NCBI GenBank assembly: GCA_027484605.1
Contig: JAIXSR010000054.1
Span: forward strand, 13,269 to 77,268
Direction: 5' to 3'
Length of the DNA: 64,000 nucleotides
Source of the DNA: Hyphomicrobiales bacterium
GTDB lineage: Bacteria > Pseudomonadota > Alphaproteobacteria > Rhizobiales > Beijerinckiaceae
The notes beneath the pieces were generated by a model that had not been told where the DNA came from, did not search any database, and saw only the letters and a program-made list of their open reading frames with translations. How positions within the stretch are numbered: position 1 is the stretch's first letter; each line of letters starts with the position of its first letter. The position numbers and the translations under genes are program-made. Below, one piece after another: positions 16,043 to 24,414 of this stretch.

Positions 16043-18232
16043 TCATGAACGCGGGGCAGCGCCGGCGCCGAGGCCGGAAACCGGCCCGGCCGGCTTGTCC
16101 TCGCCGGCGGCCTCGATCTCGCGCAGCACGGCCTTGCCGCGCGGCGAGAGACGATAGAGCCGCCCGGCCTGCGGCGTGTTCGCTTCCAGCGCGCCGGCCA
16201 GTTCGGCCAGCTTGGGATCGCGCACCGGCCTGTCCTCGTCGCCGAGGCCGGGAATGTTCTGCGCGTCGATATCGAGATGCGCGAAGGCCATGGCCTGCTG
16301 GAACAGCATGGCCGGCAGCGAGCCGCCGGTCATGTTGTTGGTGGCGGTGTAATCGTCGTTCCCGAACCAGACCGCCGTGGTGAAATTGCCCGAATAGCCG
16401 ACGAACCAGGCATTGCGGTATTCATCGGTCGTGCCGGTCTTGCCGGCGGTGGGAATGCCCGGCAGCGCGGCCCGCCTTCCCGTGCCGGCCGTGACGACCT
16501 GGCGCAGCATGCGGTTCATGTCGAGCGCGACATAGGAAGGCAGCACCTGCGGCCGCTTCGCCAGGTCCTGCTCGGCGCGGTAGATCACCTCGCCGGCGGG
16601 GGTCAGGATCTCGCGCGCGACATAGGGTTTCGCCAGCCTGCCGCCATTGGCGAAGGCGTTGAAGCCGGTGGCCATGTCCACCACCGTCACCTCGCTGACG
16701 CCCAGCGGCATGCCGGGAATGTCGCGCACCTCGCTGGCGAAGCCCACCTTGCGCAGCACATCATGGACGCGCTCGCGGCCGGCCTTGTGGTTGCCCTTGC
16801 CGAGCTTCTCGTTCAGCTGGATCGGGATCGTGTTGATCGACTTGGCGAGCGCCACGATGGCCGGCATCGAGCCGGCATAGGAGCGGCCGTAATTCTGCGG
16901 GCACCAGGGCCGGCCGATATTCACGCAGGTCGGCCGGTCGACGACGATGCTCTCCGGCTTGATCACGCCGTCATTCAGGGCCGCCGCATAGACGAAGGGC
17001 TTGAAGGACGAGCCCGGCTGCCGCATCGCCTGGACGGCCCGGTTGAACTGGCTCTGCCCGTAATCCCGGCCGCCGACCATGGCGCGCAGCCCGCCGGAAT
17101 GATCGAGCATGACGAGGGCGGATTGCTTCACCCGGTAATTGGGCCCGTGCTGGCGCAGGATCGATTCCGATGCCCGCTCGACATGCCTCTGCAGGCCGGG
17201 ATCGATCGTCGCGCGGACGATCAGCGTCCGGTGATTGCCGAGCCTGCCGGCGGCGGCGAGCTGCTTGATCTCCTCGAACCCGTAATCCAGCGCGTAATCG
17301 GCGATGTTCTGGTTCGCCCGCTCCACCGGCGTCGCCGGGTTGCGCAGGGCGGTGGAAACCTGGCCCTGCGTCAGGAACCCGGCCTCGACCATGTTGGACA
17401 GCACATCGGCCGCCCGGGCGCGCGCTGCCGGCAGGTTGACATTCGGCGAGAATTTCGACGGCGCCTTGAACAGGCCGGCGATCATCGCCGCCTCGGCGAG
17501 GGTCAGGTCACGGACATCCTTGCCGAAATAATGCTCGGCGGCGGATTGCACGCCGAACACGCCATTCCCCAGATAGGCCCGGTCGAGATAGAGTTTCAGG
17601 ATCTCGCGCTTCGAGAGCCGCGCTTCCAGCCAGAGCGCGAGGAAGGCTTCCTTGATCTTCCGCTCGAGCGAGCGCTCGTTGTTCAGGAACAGGTTCTTGG
17701 CCAGCTGCTGGGTGATGGTCGAGCCGCCCTGCACCACGCCATTGGCGCGCGCATTGGCGACAACCGCCCGGAAAAGCCCTTGCGGATCAATGCCCCAATG
17801 CTCGTAAAACCGGCGATCCTCGGTGGCGAGCGCCGCCTTGACGAGATGCTCGGGCAGGTCCTCGATCGCGATCGCCTGGCTGTGCAGGATGCCGCGCTTG
17901 CCGATCACCGCGCCGGTCTGGTCGACGAAGGTCACCGCCAGGTCCTGCTGCTTCAGCCAGTCATCTTCCTTCACCGCCCGGAAAGCCGGTTTTGCCAGCG
18001 CCGTCATGAAGATGCCGCCGATCAGGCAATAGGTCAGGGCCTCGCAGGCCAGCGTCACCGCGACGCGCCCGCCCGGCGAGGGTTCGAGCCGGTCCGAGGC
18101 ATGGCGGATGCGCCAGAGGCCCTCCTTTGCCCGCTCGACGAGCCGGTGGAGGGCATGTTCCAGCCAGGCATCGGCATCGCGCAGGCGGCGCGCCAGCTTC
18201 TCCCGGAGGGACAGGGTACGGAACTCGGTCAT
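16043..18232 (-). CDS. Class A penicillin-binding protein (transglycosylase + transpeptidase), PBP1A family
   Basis: GT51 motifs [25 protein letters not shown] and RKIKE. Transpeptidase motifs SSFKP, SxN and KTGT ([18 protein letters not shown]). Confidence 0.9.
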   Translation of the reverse strand: MTEFRTLSLREKLARRLRDADAWLEHALHRLVERAKEGLWRIRHASDRLEPSPGGRVAVTLACEALTYCLIGGIFMTALAKPAFRAVKEDDWLKQQDLAVTFVDQTGAVIGKRGILHSQAIAIEDLPEHLVKAALATEDRRFYEHWGIDPQGLFRAVVANARANGVVQGGSTITQQLAKNLFLNNERSLERKIKEAFLALWLEARLSKREILKLYLDRAYLGNGVFGVQSAAEHYFGKDVRDLTLAEAAMIAGLFKAPSKFSPNVNLPAARARAADVLSNMVEAGFLTQGQVSTALRNPATPVERANQNIADYALDYGFEEIKQLAAAGRLGNHRTLIVRATIDPGLQRHVERASESILRQHGPNYRVKQSALVMLDHSGGLRAMVGGRDYGQSQFNRAVQAMRQPGSSFKPFVYAAALNDGVIKPESIVVDRPTCVNIGRPWCPQNYGRSYAGSMPAIVALAKSINTIPIQLNEKLGKGNHKAGRERVHDVLRKVGFASEVRDIPGMPLGVSEVTVVDMATGFNAFANGGRLAKPYVAREILTPAGEVIYRAEQDLAKRPQVLPSYVALDMNRMLRQVVTAGTGRRAALPGIPTAGKTGTTDEYRNAWFVGYSGNFTTAVWFGNDDYTATNNMTGGSLPAMLFQQAMAFAHLDIDAQNIPGLGDEDRPVRDPKLAELAGALEANTPQAGRLYRLSPRGKAVLREIEAAGEDKPAGPVSGLGAGAAPRS

Positions 18233-18370
18233 GGGGCCGGCATGCAGGCGGAAGGAGAGGGGGACAGTTGCGTCTCAATATTTCAATATACTTATAACAC
18301 AGGGCGGAAGGCGCGTCCAAAACCGCCGCCGCCTCTTGACGCCCCGCCGCCGGCTTGCACACAAGAACGG

Positions 18371-18847
18371 ATGGATGCGCCGCCGCCGTTCTGGAAGACA
18401 AAGAGCCTCGCCGAGATGACCGAGGCGGAATGGGAAAGCCTCTGCGACGGCTGCGGCCGCTGCTGCCTCATCAAGATGGAGGATGAGGATTCCGGACAGT
18501 TTTATTTCACCGATGTGGCCTGCCGGCTTTTCGACACCGCGTCCTGCCGCTGCCGCGACTATCCCAACCGCGACCGCGAAGTGCCCGATTGCGTGCGGTT
18601 GACGCCTGAAAATGCCGGCAGCTTCGGCTGGATGCCGCCCAGCTGCGCCTATCGCCTTCTGGCGGAAGGCAAATCCCTGCCGGATTGGCACCCCCTTGTC
18701 AGCGGCCGCCCCGAGAGCGTGCGCGAGGCCGGTGCCAGCGTCGCCGGGCGGGTCCATGCCCTCGAGGATGATCTCTCGCTGCCCGAACTGGTCGAGCGAA
18801 TCCGCGTCTGGCCCGGCCGTTGGCCCCGCAAGAAAAGAAGCGGATAA
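18371..18847 (+). CDS. ycgN: YcgN-family cysteine-cluster protein (UPF0260)
   Basis: [67 protein letters not shown]. Only the last 159 codons of track ORF 16277-18847 are real. The rest is the antisense shadow of the PBP gene. Confidence 0.9.
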   Translation: MDAPPPFWKTKSLAEMTEAEWESLCDGCGRCCLIKMEDEDSGQFYFTDVACRLFDTASCRCRDYPNRDREVPDCVRLTPENAGSFGWMPPSCAYRLLAEGKSLPDWHPLVSGRPESVREAGASVAGRVHALEDDLSLPELVERIRVWPGRWPRKKRSG

Positions 18848-18901
18848 ACGACTGGATTCTCTTCATTATATGAATTAAATCCGCGATTACGAAAAATATC
18901 C

Positions 18902-18930
18902 TTGACGCCGCGACGGTCTTGAGGCATAAA
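18902..18930 (+). promoter_or_regulatory. Candidate sigma70-type promoter of the GTA cluster
   Basis: TTGACG (18902-18907), a 17-nt spacer, then CATAAA (18925-18930). Sits just downstream of a 50-bp AT-rich block (18850-18900) that contains a GANTC (18855-18859). Pattern match only. Confidence 0.35.
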
Positions 18931-18954
18931 CCACCCACGTTCCCGAATTGCGCT

Positions 18955-19211
18955 CCAGCCCTCCCGCCTCTCCCCGCCGGGGAGACGCCGACGATGCGCA
19001 GCATCGGCGGGTGAGGGGGCGGAACATGGAGTGGCGCTCGAAGCCCCTCCAGCCCTCCCGCCTCTCCCCGATGTGGGGAGGCCGACGGCGCATAGCGCTG
19101 GCGGGTGAGGGGTCCGACCATGCATGGCTTCGTCGCGGCCTCTCCAGCCAGCCTCTCACTTCTCCCCGCCGGGGAGTGGCCGACGGCGCATAGCGCCGGC
19201 GGGTGAGGGGC
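18955..19211 (+). repeat. Three tandem REP-like elements (C1 18955-19020, C2 19049-19112, C3 19145-19211), subfamily 2
   Basis: Each copy follows CCAGCC(CT)CCCGCCTCTCCCCG-loop-GGGGAG-GCCGACG..GCGCA..GC..CGGCGGGTGAGGGG. All share one orientation with a period of 94-96 bp. Each holds two stem-loops, for example TCTCCCC-GCC-GGGGAGA at 18969-18985. Confidence 0.85.
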
Positions 19212-19286
19212 TGCCTCGGTGAAGGCGCATCCCGCGCCCCTCCACCCCATGCCCAATCCCCCAATCCCCCCATCCCCGGAGGCCCC

Positions 19287-19643
19287 ATGCTCCCGAAACC
19301 TGCCCGGCCCCGCCGGCGGGCACGCCGCCCGTTGATCCACCGGCTCTGGTCGGCCGCGGAACGCCAGGTCGCGGAAATCGAGGCCCGGCTCGCCAGCCTC
19401 TCCGGCGACCCGGCCTTGCTCGAACGCGATGCCAAGACCCTTGCCGTCATCGCGCGGACCCTGCGCGATCTCGTTGCCCTCGATACCGAAACGGCCCCGG
19501 ACCCTCCGGCGCCGGAAAGGGACGCCCATGCCGGAAATCCTGTCCGCTCGCTCGAGGCCTTCCGTGACGAGCTTGCGCAGCGCCTTGATGCATTGCGTCG
19601 AGAACGGGCAGGCCCGGACCCTGCTGGAGGGGATGGGGCCTGA
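19287..19643 (+). CDS. GTA g1-position protein (candidate small terminase)
   Basis: CCGGAGG SD then MLPKPARPRRRARRPLIHRLWSAAERQVAEIEARLASL...: a basic N-terminus plus a coiled coil. Assigned by position only. The last 116 nt overlap terL. Confidence 0.5.
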   Translation: MLPKPARPRRRARRPLIHRLWSAAERQVAEIEARLASLSGDPALLERDAKTLAVIARTLRDLVALDTETAPDPPAPERDAHAGNPVRSLEAFRDELAQRLDALRRERAGPDPAGGDGA

Positions 19644-20904
19644 AGCGCTGGCGCGTTTCCTCGCCGACTGGCCGCTCTTCGCCCGGCCCGACCAGCTGCC
19701 GCCCGAGGGCGCGCAGGGCGGCGGGCCCTGGTCGACATGGCTGGTCCTGGGCGGGCGCGGCGCCGGCAAGACGCGCACCGGCGCCGAATGGGTGCGCGGG
19801 CTGGCCCTCGGCCTGCCGCCTTTCGCCGGGCGCCCGGCGGGGCGGATCGCCATCGTGGCGGAAACCCTGCAGGACCTGCGCGAGGTGATGGTGGAGGGCG
19901 TATCCGGCCTGCTCGCCATCCACCCGCCCGGGCAGCGCCCGCTCTGGCTCGCCTCGCGCCGCCGGCTCGAATGGCCGAACGGCGCGGTGGCGCAGGGCTT
20001 CTCCGCCGAGGATCCGGAATCGCTGCGCGGTCCGCAATTCGAGGCGGCCTGGTGCGATGAACTCGCCAAATGGAACCAGGCCGAGGCCACATTCGACATG
20101 CTGCAATTCGGCCTGCGCCTCGGTGAATGGCCCCGGCAGGTCATCACGACCACGCCGCGCCCGACCCGGCTGCTGAAGCGCCTCGCGGCCGATCCGCGCA
20201 CCGCGGTCAGCCGCGCCGCGACGCGGGCCAATGCCGCGCATCTCGCGCCGCATTTCCTCGCCACCATTGTCGGCCGCTATGCCGGCACCGCTCTGGGCCG
20301 GCAGGAACTGGACGGCGAATTCGTCGAGGAGCGGCCCGATGCGCTGTTCCGCCGCGAGGCCATCGAAGCCGGGCGGGTCGGGGCGGCGGAGGATTGCCGC
20401 CGCATCGTCGTGGCGGTCGATCCGCCGGCCGGCGGGGTTCGGGGCGGGCGCTGCGGCATCGTCGCGGCGGGCCTTGCGGCTTCCGGCCTTGCCTATGTGC
20501 TGGAAGATGCCTCGCTCGAACGCGCCACGCCCGAAGCCTGGGCGGGCCGGGCCATCGCCACCTATCGCCGGCTGCAGGCCGATGCCCTGCTCGTCGAGGT
20601 GAACCAGGGCGGCGAGATGGTGCGGTCCGTGCTGGCGACGGTCGACCCGGCAGTGCCGGTCACCATGCTCCGCGCCCGGCGCGGCAAGCATGCCCGGGCC
20701 GAACCCGTCGCCGCGCTCTATGCGCAGTGCCGTGTCCGCCATGCCGGCGCCTTCCCGGCGCTCGAGGAGGAGATGACGATGTTCGGCCCCGATGGCCTAC
20801 CCGGCGGCCGCTCGCCCGACCGGCTCGATGCGCTGGTCTGGGCCATCACCCATCTCTGCCTGCAGGGCGAGGCCGCCGCGCCGCGCATCCGCCGGCTGGA
20901 GTGA
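19528..20904 (+). CDS. terL: GTA/phage terminase large subunit (DNA-packaging protein), RcGTA g2 equivalent
   Basis: ...LADWPLFARPDQLPPEG...WSTWLVLGGRGAGKTRTGAEWV (Walker A)...VAVDPP... By hand count, third-position G/C in 19528-19643 is about 85% in this frame and about 56% in the g1 frame, which supports ATG 19528. Alternatives are ATG 19588 and 19633. Confidence 0.9.
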   Translation: MPEILSARSRPSVTSLRSALMHCVENGQARTLLEGMGPEALARFLADWPLFARPDQLPPEGAQGGGPWSTWLVLGGRGAGKTRTGAEWVRGLALGLPPFAGRPAGRIAIVAETLQDLREVMVEGVSGLLAIHPPGQRPLWLASRRRLEWPNGAVAQGFSAEDPESLRGPQFEAAWCDELAKWNQAEATFDMLQFGLRLGEWPRQVITTTPRPTRLLKRLAADPRTAVSRAATRANAAHLAPHFLATIVGRYAGTALGRQELDGEFVEERPDALFRREAIEAGRVGAAEDCRRIVVAVDPPAGGVRGGRCGIVAAGLAASGLAYVLEDASLERATPEAWAGRAIATYRRLQADALLVEVNQGGEMVRSVLATVDPAVPVTMLRARRGKHARAEPVAALYAQCRVRHAGAFPALEEEMTMFGPDGLPGGRSPDRLDALVWAITHLCLQGEAAAPRIRRLE

Positions 20905-20960
20905 GGGGCCCGATTGCCCGCTGACCGTTCCTGATCGCCCCCGAACCCCGAGATCCCCCG

Positions 20961-22133
20961 ATGATTCCCTGGCTCACCCGGCTTTTCGGCCGGACGGCGC
21001 CGCCGCGCCGCAAATCCACCATTCCGCTCGTTGCCCTGCATGGCCCGGGCGGCGGATTCCTGCCCGCGCGGCAGGGGGCCGGCCTCGTGGCGGCGGGCTA
21101 TCACCGCAACGCCATCGTCTATCGCTGCGTGCGGCTGGTGGCCGAGGCCGCGGCGAGTATCAGCTGGACCCTGCTCATCGATGGCCGCGAGGCGCCGGAC
21201 CATCCGCTGGCCCGGCTGCTGGAACGGCCCAATCCCGGCGCCAGCGGCACCGACCTGTTCGAGGCGCTCTACGGCCATCTCCTGCTCTCCGGCAATGGCT
21301 ATGTCGCCCGCGTCACCGGCCATGCCGGGCCGCTGGCGCTCCATGCGCTCCGGCCGGACCGGCTCAGCCTCGTGCCCGGGCCGGATGGCTGGCCGCTGGC
21401 CTATGATTATGCCGCCGGCGGCGCGGCGCTGCGCTTTTCCGCCGGTCCGGATGGCCCGGGCGACCTGCTCCATATCCGCCTGTTCGACCCGCTCAACGAC
21501 CAGCTCGGCTTCGCCCCGCTGGCGGCGGCGGAAACCGCGCTCGCCATGCATGACGCCGCCAATCGCTGGAACAAGGCGCTGCTCGACAATTCGGCCCGCC
21601 CTTCGGGCGCGCTGGTCTATGCTGCCACCGACAGCATGACGGAGACACAGTTCGACCGCCTGCGCGACGAGCTGGAAACGGCTTTCCAGGGCGCGGGCAA
21701 TGCCGGAAGGCCGATCCTGCTCGAGGGCGGGCTGGACTGGAAGCCGCTCTCGCTCAGCCCGCGCGACATGGATTTCCACGCGGCGCAGGCCGGCGCGGCG
21801 CGGGAGATCGCGCTCGCCTTCGGCGTGCCGCCGATGCTGCTCGGCCTGCCGGGCGACAATACCTACGCGAATTACGCCGAGGCCAACCGGGCGCTGCTGC
21901 GGCTGACGGTGCTGCCCATGGTGCAGCGGATGCAGGCGGCCTTCGCCCATTGGTTGCAGCCGCCGGAAGGCGGGATCCTGCGCTTCCGCCCCGATCTCGA
22001 TGCGATCGAGGCTTTGGCCGAGGAACGCGAGGCCCTCTGGCGCCGCGTCTCGGCCGCGCCCTTCCTCAGCGATGACGAGAAACGCGAGGCGCTCGGCTAT
22101 GGCCGGCAGGCGCGTCCGTCCCCTTCCGCATGA
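20961..22133 (+). CDS. HK97-family phage portal protein (RcGTA g3 equivalent)
   Basis: 390 aa. ...YHRNAIVYRCVRLVAEAAASISW...HPLARLLERPNP...LLLSGNGY...FGVPPMLLGLPGDNTYANYAEANRAL is the typical portal signature. Confidence 0.95.
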   Translation: MIPWLTRLFGRTAPPRRKSTIPLVALHGPGGGFLPARQGAGLVAAGYHRNAIVYRCVRLVAEAAASISWTLLIDGREAPDHPLARLLERPNPGASGTDLFEALYGHLLLSGNGYVARVTGHAGPLALHALRPDRLSLVPGPDGWPLAYDYAAGGAALRFSAGPDGPGDLLHIRLFDPLNDQLGFAPLAAAETALAMHDAANRWNKALLDNSARPSGALVYAATDSMTETQFDRLRDELETAFQGAGNAGRPILLEGGLDWKPLSLSPRDMDFHAAQAGAAREIALAFGVPPMLLGLPGDNTYANYAEANRALLRLTVLPMVQRMQAAFAHWLQPPEGGILRFRPDLDAIEALAEEREALWRRVSAAPFLSDDEKREALGYGRQARPSPSA

Positions 22134-22333
22134 GCGGCATCCTCGCCGTCTTTCTCGAGCGGGGCGATCTCGCCCATCTCGCCCTGTTCCTCTGGGCTGC
22201 CGGCGCCTCGGTGCTGCTGGCCCGCAGCCTGGCGGACCTAGCCGCCGCCCATCGCCGCTTCGACGAGTTCCTGCGCGAACTCGCCCGGTTCAACACCCGC
22301 CACGGAGACGAGAATGCCCCGCCGGACCCCTGA
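22130..22333 (+). CDS. Small hydrophobic protein at the RcGTA g3.5 position
   Basis: ATGA overlap with the portal stop. 67 aa with one hydrophobic helix (LALFLWAAGASVLLA). High third-position G/C. Confidence 0.6.
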   Translation: MSGILAVFLERGDLAHLALFLWAAGASVLLARSLADLAAAHRRFDEFLRELARFNTRHGDENAPPDP

Positions 22334-22496
22334 TCCCGCCGCGTCCCCCGCCACCCTGTTCCGCCGCTTCCTGGCGCTGCTGGCCCGGCTGCAGCCGTCG
22401 CCCGGCAAGGCCCCCGCCGCGCCCGAGATCAAGGGCCGCATCACCCGGCTCGACCCGGCCGCCCGCCGCGACAGCCGGGGAAAGCCGCGCGCATGA
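22314..22496 (+). CDS. Second small ORF between portal and protease (hypothetical, 60 aa)
   Basis: Overlaps the previous ORF by 20 nt. Its TGA overlaps the protease ATG (ATGA at 22493-22496). About 90% G/C at third positions by hand count. No recognisable family. Confidence 0.35.
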   Translation: MPRRTPDPAASPATLFRRFLALLARLQPSPGKAPAAPEIKGRITRLDPAARRDSRGKPRA

Positions 22497-23077
22497 AGGC
22501 CGGCCCCTTTTCCGCTTCCCCGAATTCCGGCCGGCGCCGCCCTCCGCCGGCCGGACGGGATATCCGCCCCCGGCCCCTCTCCCCCGACGGGGCGGATATC
22601 CCGGCTTCTCCCCCGCCCGATGCCGGGCTCTTCGAAGGCTATGCCAGCCTGTTCGGCGTGATGGATCTCGGCCGCGACGTGGTCATGCCCGGCGCGTTCC
22701 GCCATTCGCTGACGCGGCGCGGCGCGGGGGGCATCCGCCTGCTCTGGCAGCATGATCCGGCCCGGCCGATCGGCCGCTGGACGCGCCTCGACGAGGATGG
22801 CCGCGGCCTCCGCGTGGCGGGCCGGCTCGATCTCGGGCAATCGCTCGCCCGCGAGGTGCATGGGCTCATGCGGCGCGGCCTCGTGGATGGCCTCTCCATC
22901 GGCTACCGCACCGAGCGCGAGCGCCGCGACCCCGAAACCGGCCTGCGCCGGCTGGACGAGGTGGATCTCTGGGAGATCTCGCTCGTCACCTTCCCGATGC
23001 TGCCGCAGGCCCGCGTCACCGCCATCAAGGCGATGCCCGGCCCGCTGCCCGCCTTCCCCGCGATCCGTCCGCTGTGA
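22493..23077 (+). CDS. HK97-family prohead maturation protease (RcGTA g4 equivalent) with an atypical N-terminal extension
   Basis: FEGYASLFGVMDLGRDVVMPGAF...LLWQHD...PIG...GLSIGY...LWEISLVTFPMLPQARV. ATG 22493 is the only in-frame start upstream of the conserved core. This leaves about 46 low-complexity residues ahead of it. Confidence 0.9.
   Translation: MKAGPFSASPNSGRRRPPPAGRDIRPRPLSPDGADIPASPPPDAGLFEGYASLFGVMDLGRDVVMPGAFRHSLTRRGAGGIRLLWQHDPARPIGRWTRLDEDGRGLRVAGRLDLGQSLAREVHGLMRRGLVDGLSIGYRTERERRDPETGLRRLDEVDLWEISLVTFPMLPQARVTAIKAMPGPLPAFPAIRPL
22556..22603. repeat. 15-bp perfect inverted repeat with an 18-nt loop, inside the protease 5' coding region
   Basis: CGGGATATCCGCCCC (22556-22570), loop CGGCCCCTCTCCCCCGAC, GGGGCGGATATCCCG (22589-22603). 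The loop resembles the left arm of the REP hairpin. Confidence 0.85.
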
Positions 23078-23109
23078 CGGCCCGCCCCCTCCCGCCAAAG
23101 GACCCCGCC

Positions 23110-24309
23110 ATGGAACCGACCGAAACCCCGATCCGCGCCCCCGAGACCAAGATCATGGAAACCTACGAGGCTTTCCGCCAGGCCAATGACGAGAGCCTCG
23201 CCGAGGGCCAGCGCAAGGCCGCGCCCGACATCCTGCTCGAGGAGAAGGTCGAGCGGATCGGGCGCGAGCTGGACCGGCTGAGCATGAATGCCCAGCGCCC
23301 GCCTCTGGCCGGCGCCGGCTCCGCGCTTTCGCCGGAGCGGCTGGAGCACAAGCTCGCCTTCGACGCCTATCTCCGCAAGGGCCAGACCGAGCCCTTGCGC
23401 CTGATCGAGGCCAAGGCGCTGAACGGCGCCATCGGGCCGGATGCCGGCTATCTCGTGCCGCCGGATATCGAGGCGGCCGTGCTTTCGCGCATGGCCGGCC
23501 TCTCGCCGATCCGCGGCATCGCCTCCGTCCGCTCGCTGGCCGGCACCAGCCTGAAGAAGGCGGTCTCGCCCGAAGGCGCGCATCAGGGCTGGGCCAGCCT
23601 CGGCGCGCCCTCCAGCGCCATCACGCCCGGCCTCTATGCCGAGCTGGGCTTCCAGACCATGGAGCTTTTCGCCCAGCCCGCGGCGACGCAGGCCCTGCTC
23701 GACGATGCGGCGGTGGATGTGGAATCCTGGATCGGCGAGGAGATCGAGCTGACCTTCGCCGAGGCCGAGAGCGAGGCCTTCGTCAAGGGCGACGGCATCA
23801 GCCGGCCGCGCGGCTTCCTTGCCTATCCGCAGGTGCCCGAGGCCCAGTGGAGCTGGGGCCAGATCGGGAGCATCGCCACCGGCGCCGCCGGCGCCTTTCC
23901 GGCCTCCATGCCGTCCGACATCCTGATCGAGCTGGCCCATGCCGTGGGCTCGGTCTACCGGCAGAATGCCTGTTTTGTCATGAACCGCCGGACGCAGAGC
24001 GCGATCCGCCGCTTCAAGGACACGACGGGCAATTATCTCTGGGCGCCGCCGACCCTGCTGGGTGGCAAGGCGACGATCCTCAACTTCCCCGTGATCGAGG
24101 CGGAGGCCATGCCGGATATCGCGCCCGACAGCCCCGCCATCGCCTTCGGGGATTTCCGGCGCGGCTATCTCGTGCTCGACCGCGTCGGCATCCGCGCCCT
24201 GCGGGATCCCTATTCGGCCAAGCCCTATGTGCTGTTCTACACCACCAAGCGCGTGGGCGGCGGCATGCAGGATTTCCGGGCGATCAAGCTGCTGCGGTTT
24301 GCGGCGTGA
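23110..24309 (+). CDS. HK97-family major capsid protein (RcGTA g5 equivalent)
   Basis: 399 aa. An N-terminal delta/scaffold-like helical region (ETYEAFRQANDESLAE...), then ...GPDAGYLVPPDIEAAVL...FVKGDGISRPRGFL...NYLWAPP...PYVLFYTTKRVGGGMQDFRAIKLLRFA. Confidence 0.95.
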   Translation: MEPTETPIRAPETKIMETYEAFRQANDESLAEGQRKAAPDILLEEKVERIGRELDRLSMNAQRPPLAGAGSALSPERLEHKLAFDAYLRKGQTEPLRLIEAKALNGAIGPDAGYLVPPDIEAAVLSRMAGLSPIRGIASVRSLAGTSLKKAVSPEGAHQGWASLGAPSSAITPGLYAELGFQTMELFAQPAATQALLDDAAVDVESWIGEEIELTFAEAESEAFVKGDGISRPRGFLAYPQVPEAQWSWGQIGSIATGAAGAFPASMPSDILIELAHAVGSVYRQNACFVMNRRTQSAIRRFKDTTGNYLWAPPTLLGGKATILNFPVIEAEAMPDIAPDSPAIAFGDFRRGYLVLDRVGIRALRDPYSAKPYVLFYTTKRVGGGMQDFRAIKLLRFAA

Positions 24310-24357
24310 GGGCAGGGGCCGCGCGATGCCGGCCCCTACCCGCTGCCGCTGGTCCTT

Positions 24358-24414
24358 GCCCCTCACCCGCTCGCTGACGCTCGCGACCTCTCCCCCGAGG
24401 GGAGAGGTGGGCGG
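24358..24414 (-). repeat. REP-like palindromic element, copy E
   Basis: The reverse complement reads CCTCTCCCCTCGGGGGAGAGGTCGCGAGCGTCAGCGAGCGGGTGAGGGGC. It fills the gap between the convergent capsid and protease stops. A separate 8-bp hairpin AGGGGCCG/CGGCCCCT lies at 24314-24337. Confidence 0.8.

Noticed and set aside
16277-18370. Upstream 698 codons of the 856-aa plus-strand ORF 16277-18847.
   Set aside because: This part is antisense to the PBP1A gene. Only the last 159 codons (from ATG 18371) encode the recognisable YcgN cysteine-cluster protein.
18875-18889. TTAA-containing sequences near the GTA promoter (TTAAATCCGCGATTA) and downstream of ccmH (TTAA at 41113 and 41135) as CtrA boxes.
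   Set aside because: The second half-site is wrong or the spacing is not N7 (N7-ATTA, N8-TTAC, N18). No better than isolated half-sites, so not called.
18948-19193. 81-aa ORF (MRSSPPASPRRGDADDAQHRRVRG...) and the overlapping minus-strand ORFs across 18650-19250.
   Set aside because: They are translations of the three tandem REP copies, so the peptide is itself repetitive (SP(R/M)(R/W)G(D/G/V)A(D/R)...). No SD, and it sits in an intergenic leader.
18955-19211. Possible CRISPR array (regular about 95-bp periodicity of a repeated sequence).
   Set aside because: The repeats are 64-67 bp, imperfect, internally palindromic and also occur singly elsewhere. The intervening 28-32 nt are few, and no cas genes or leader are present. 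This is a REP/BIME-type cluster, not CRISPR.
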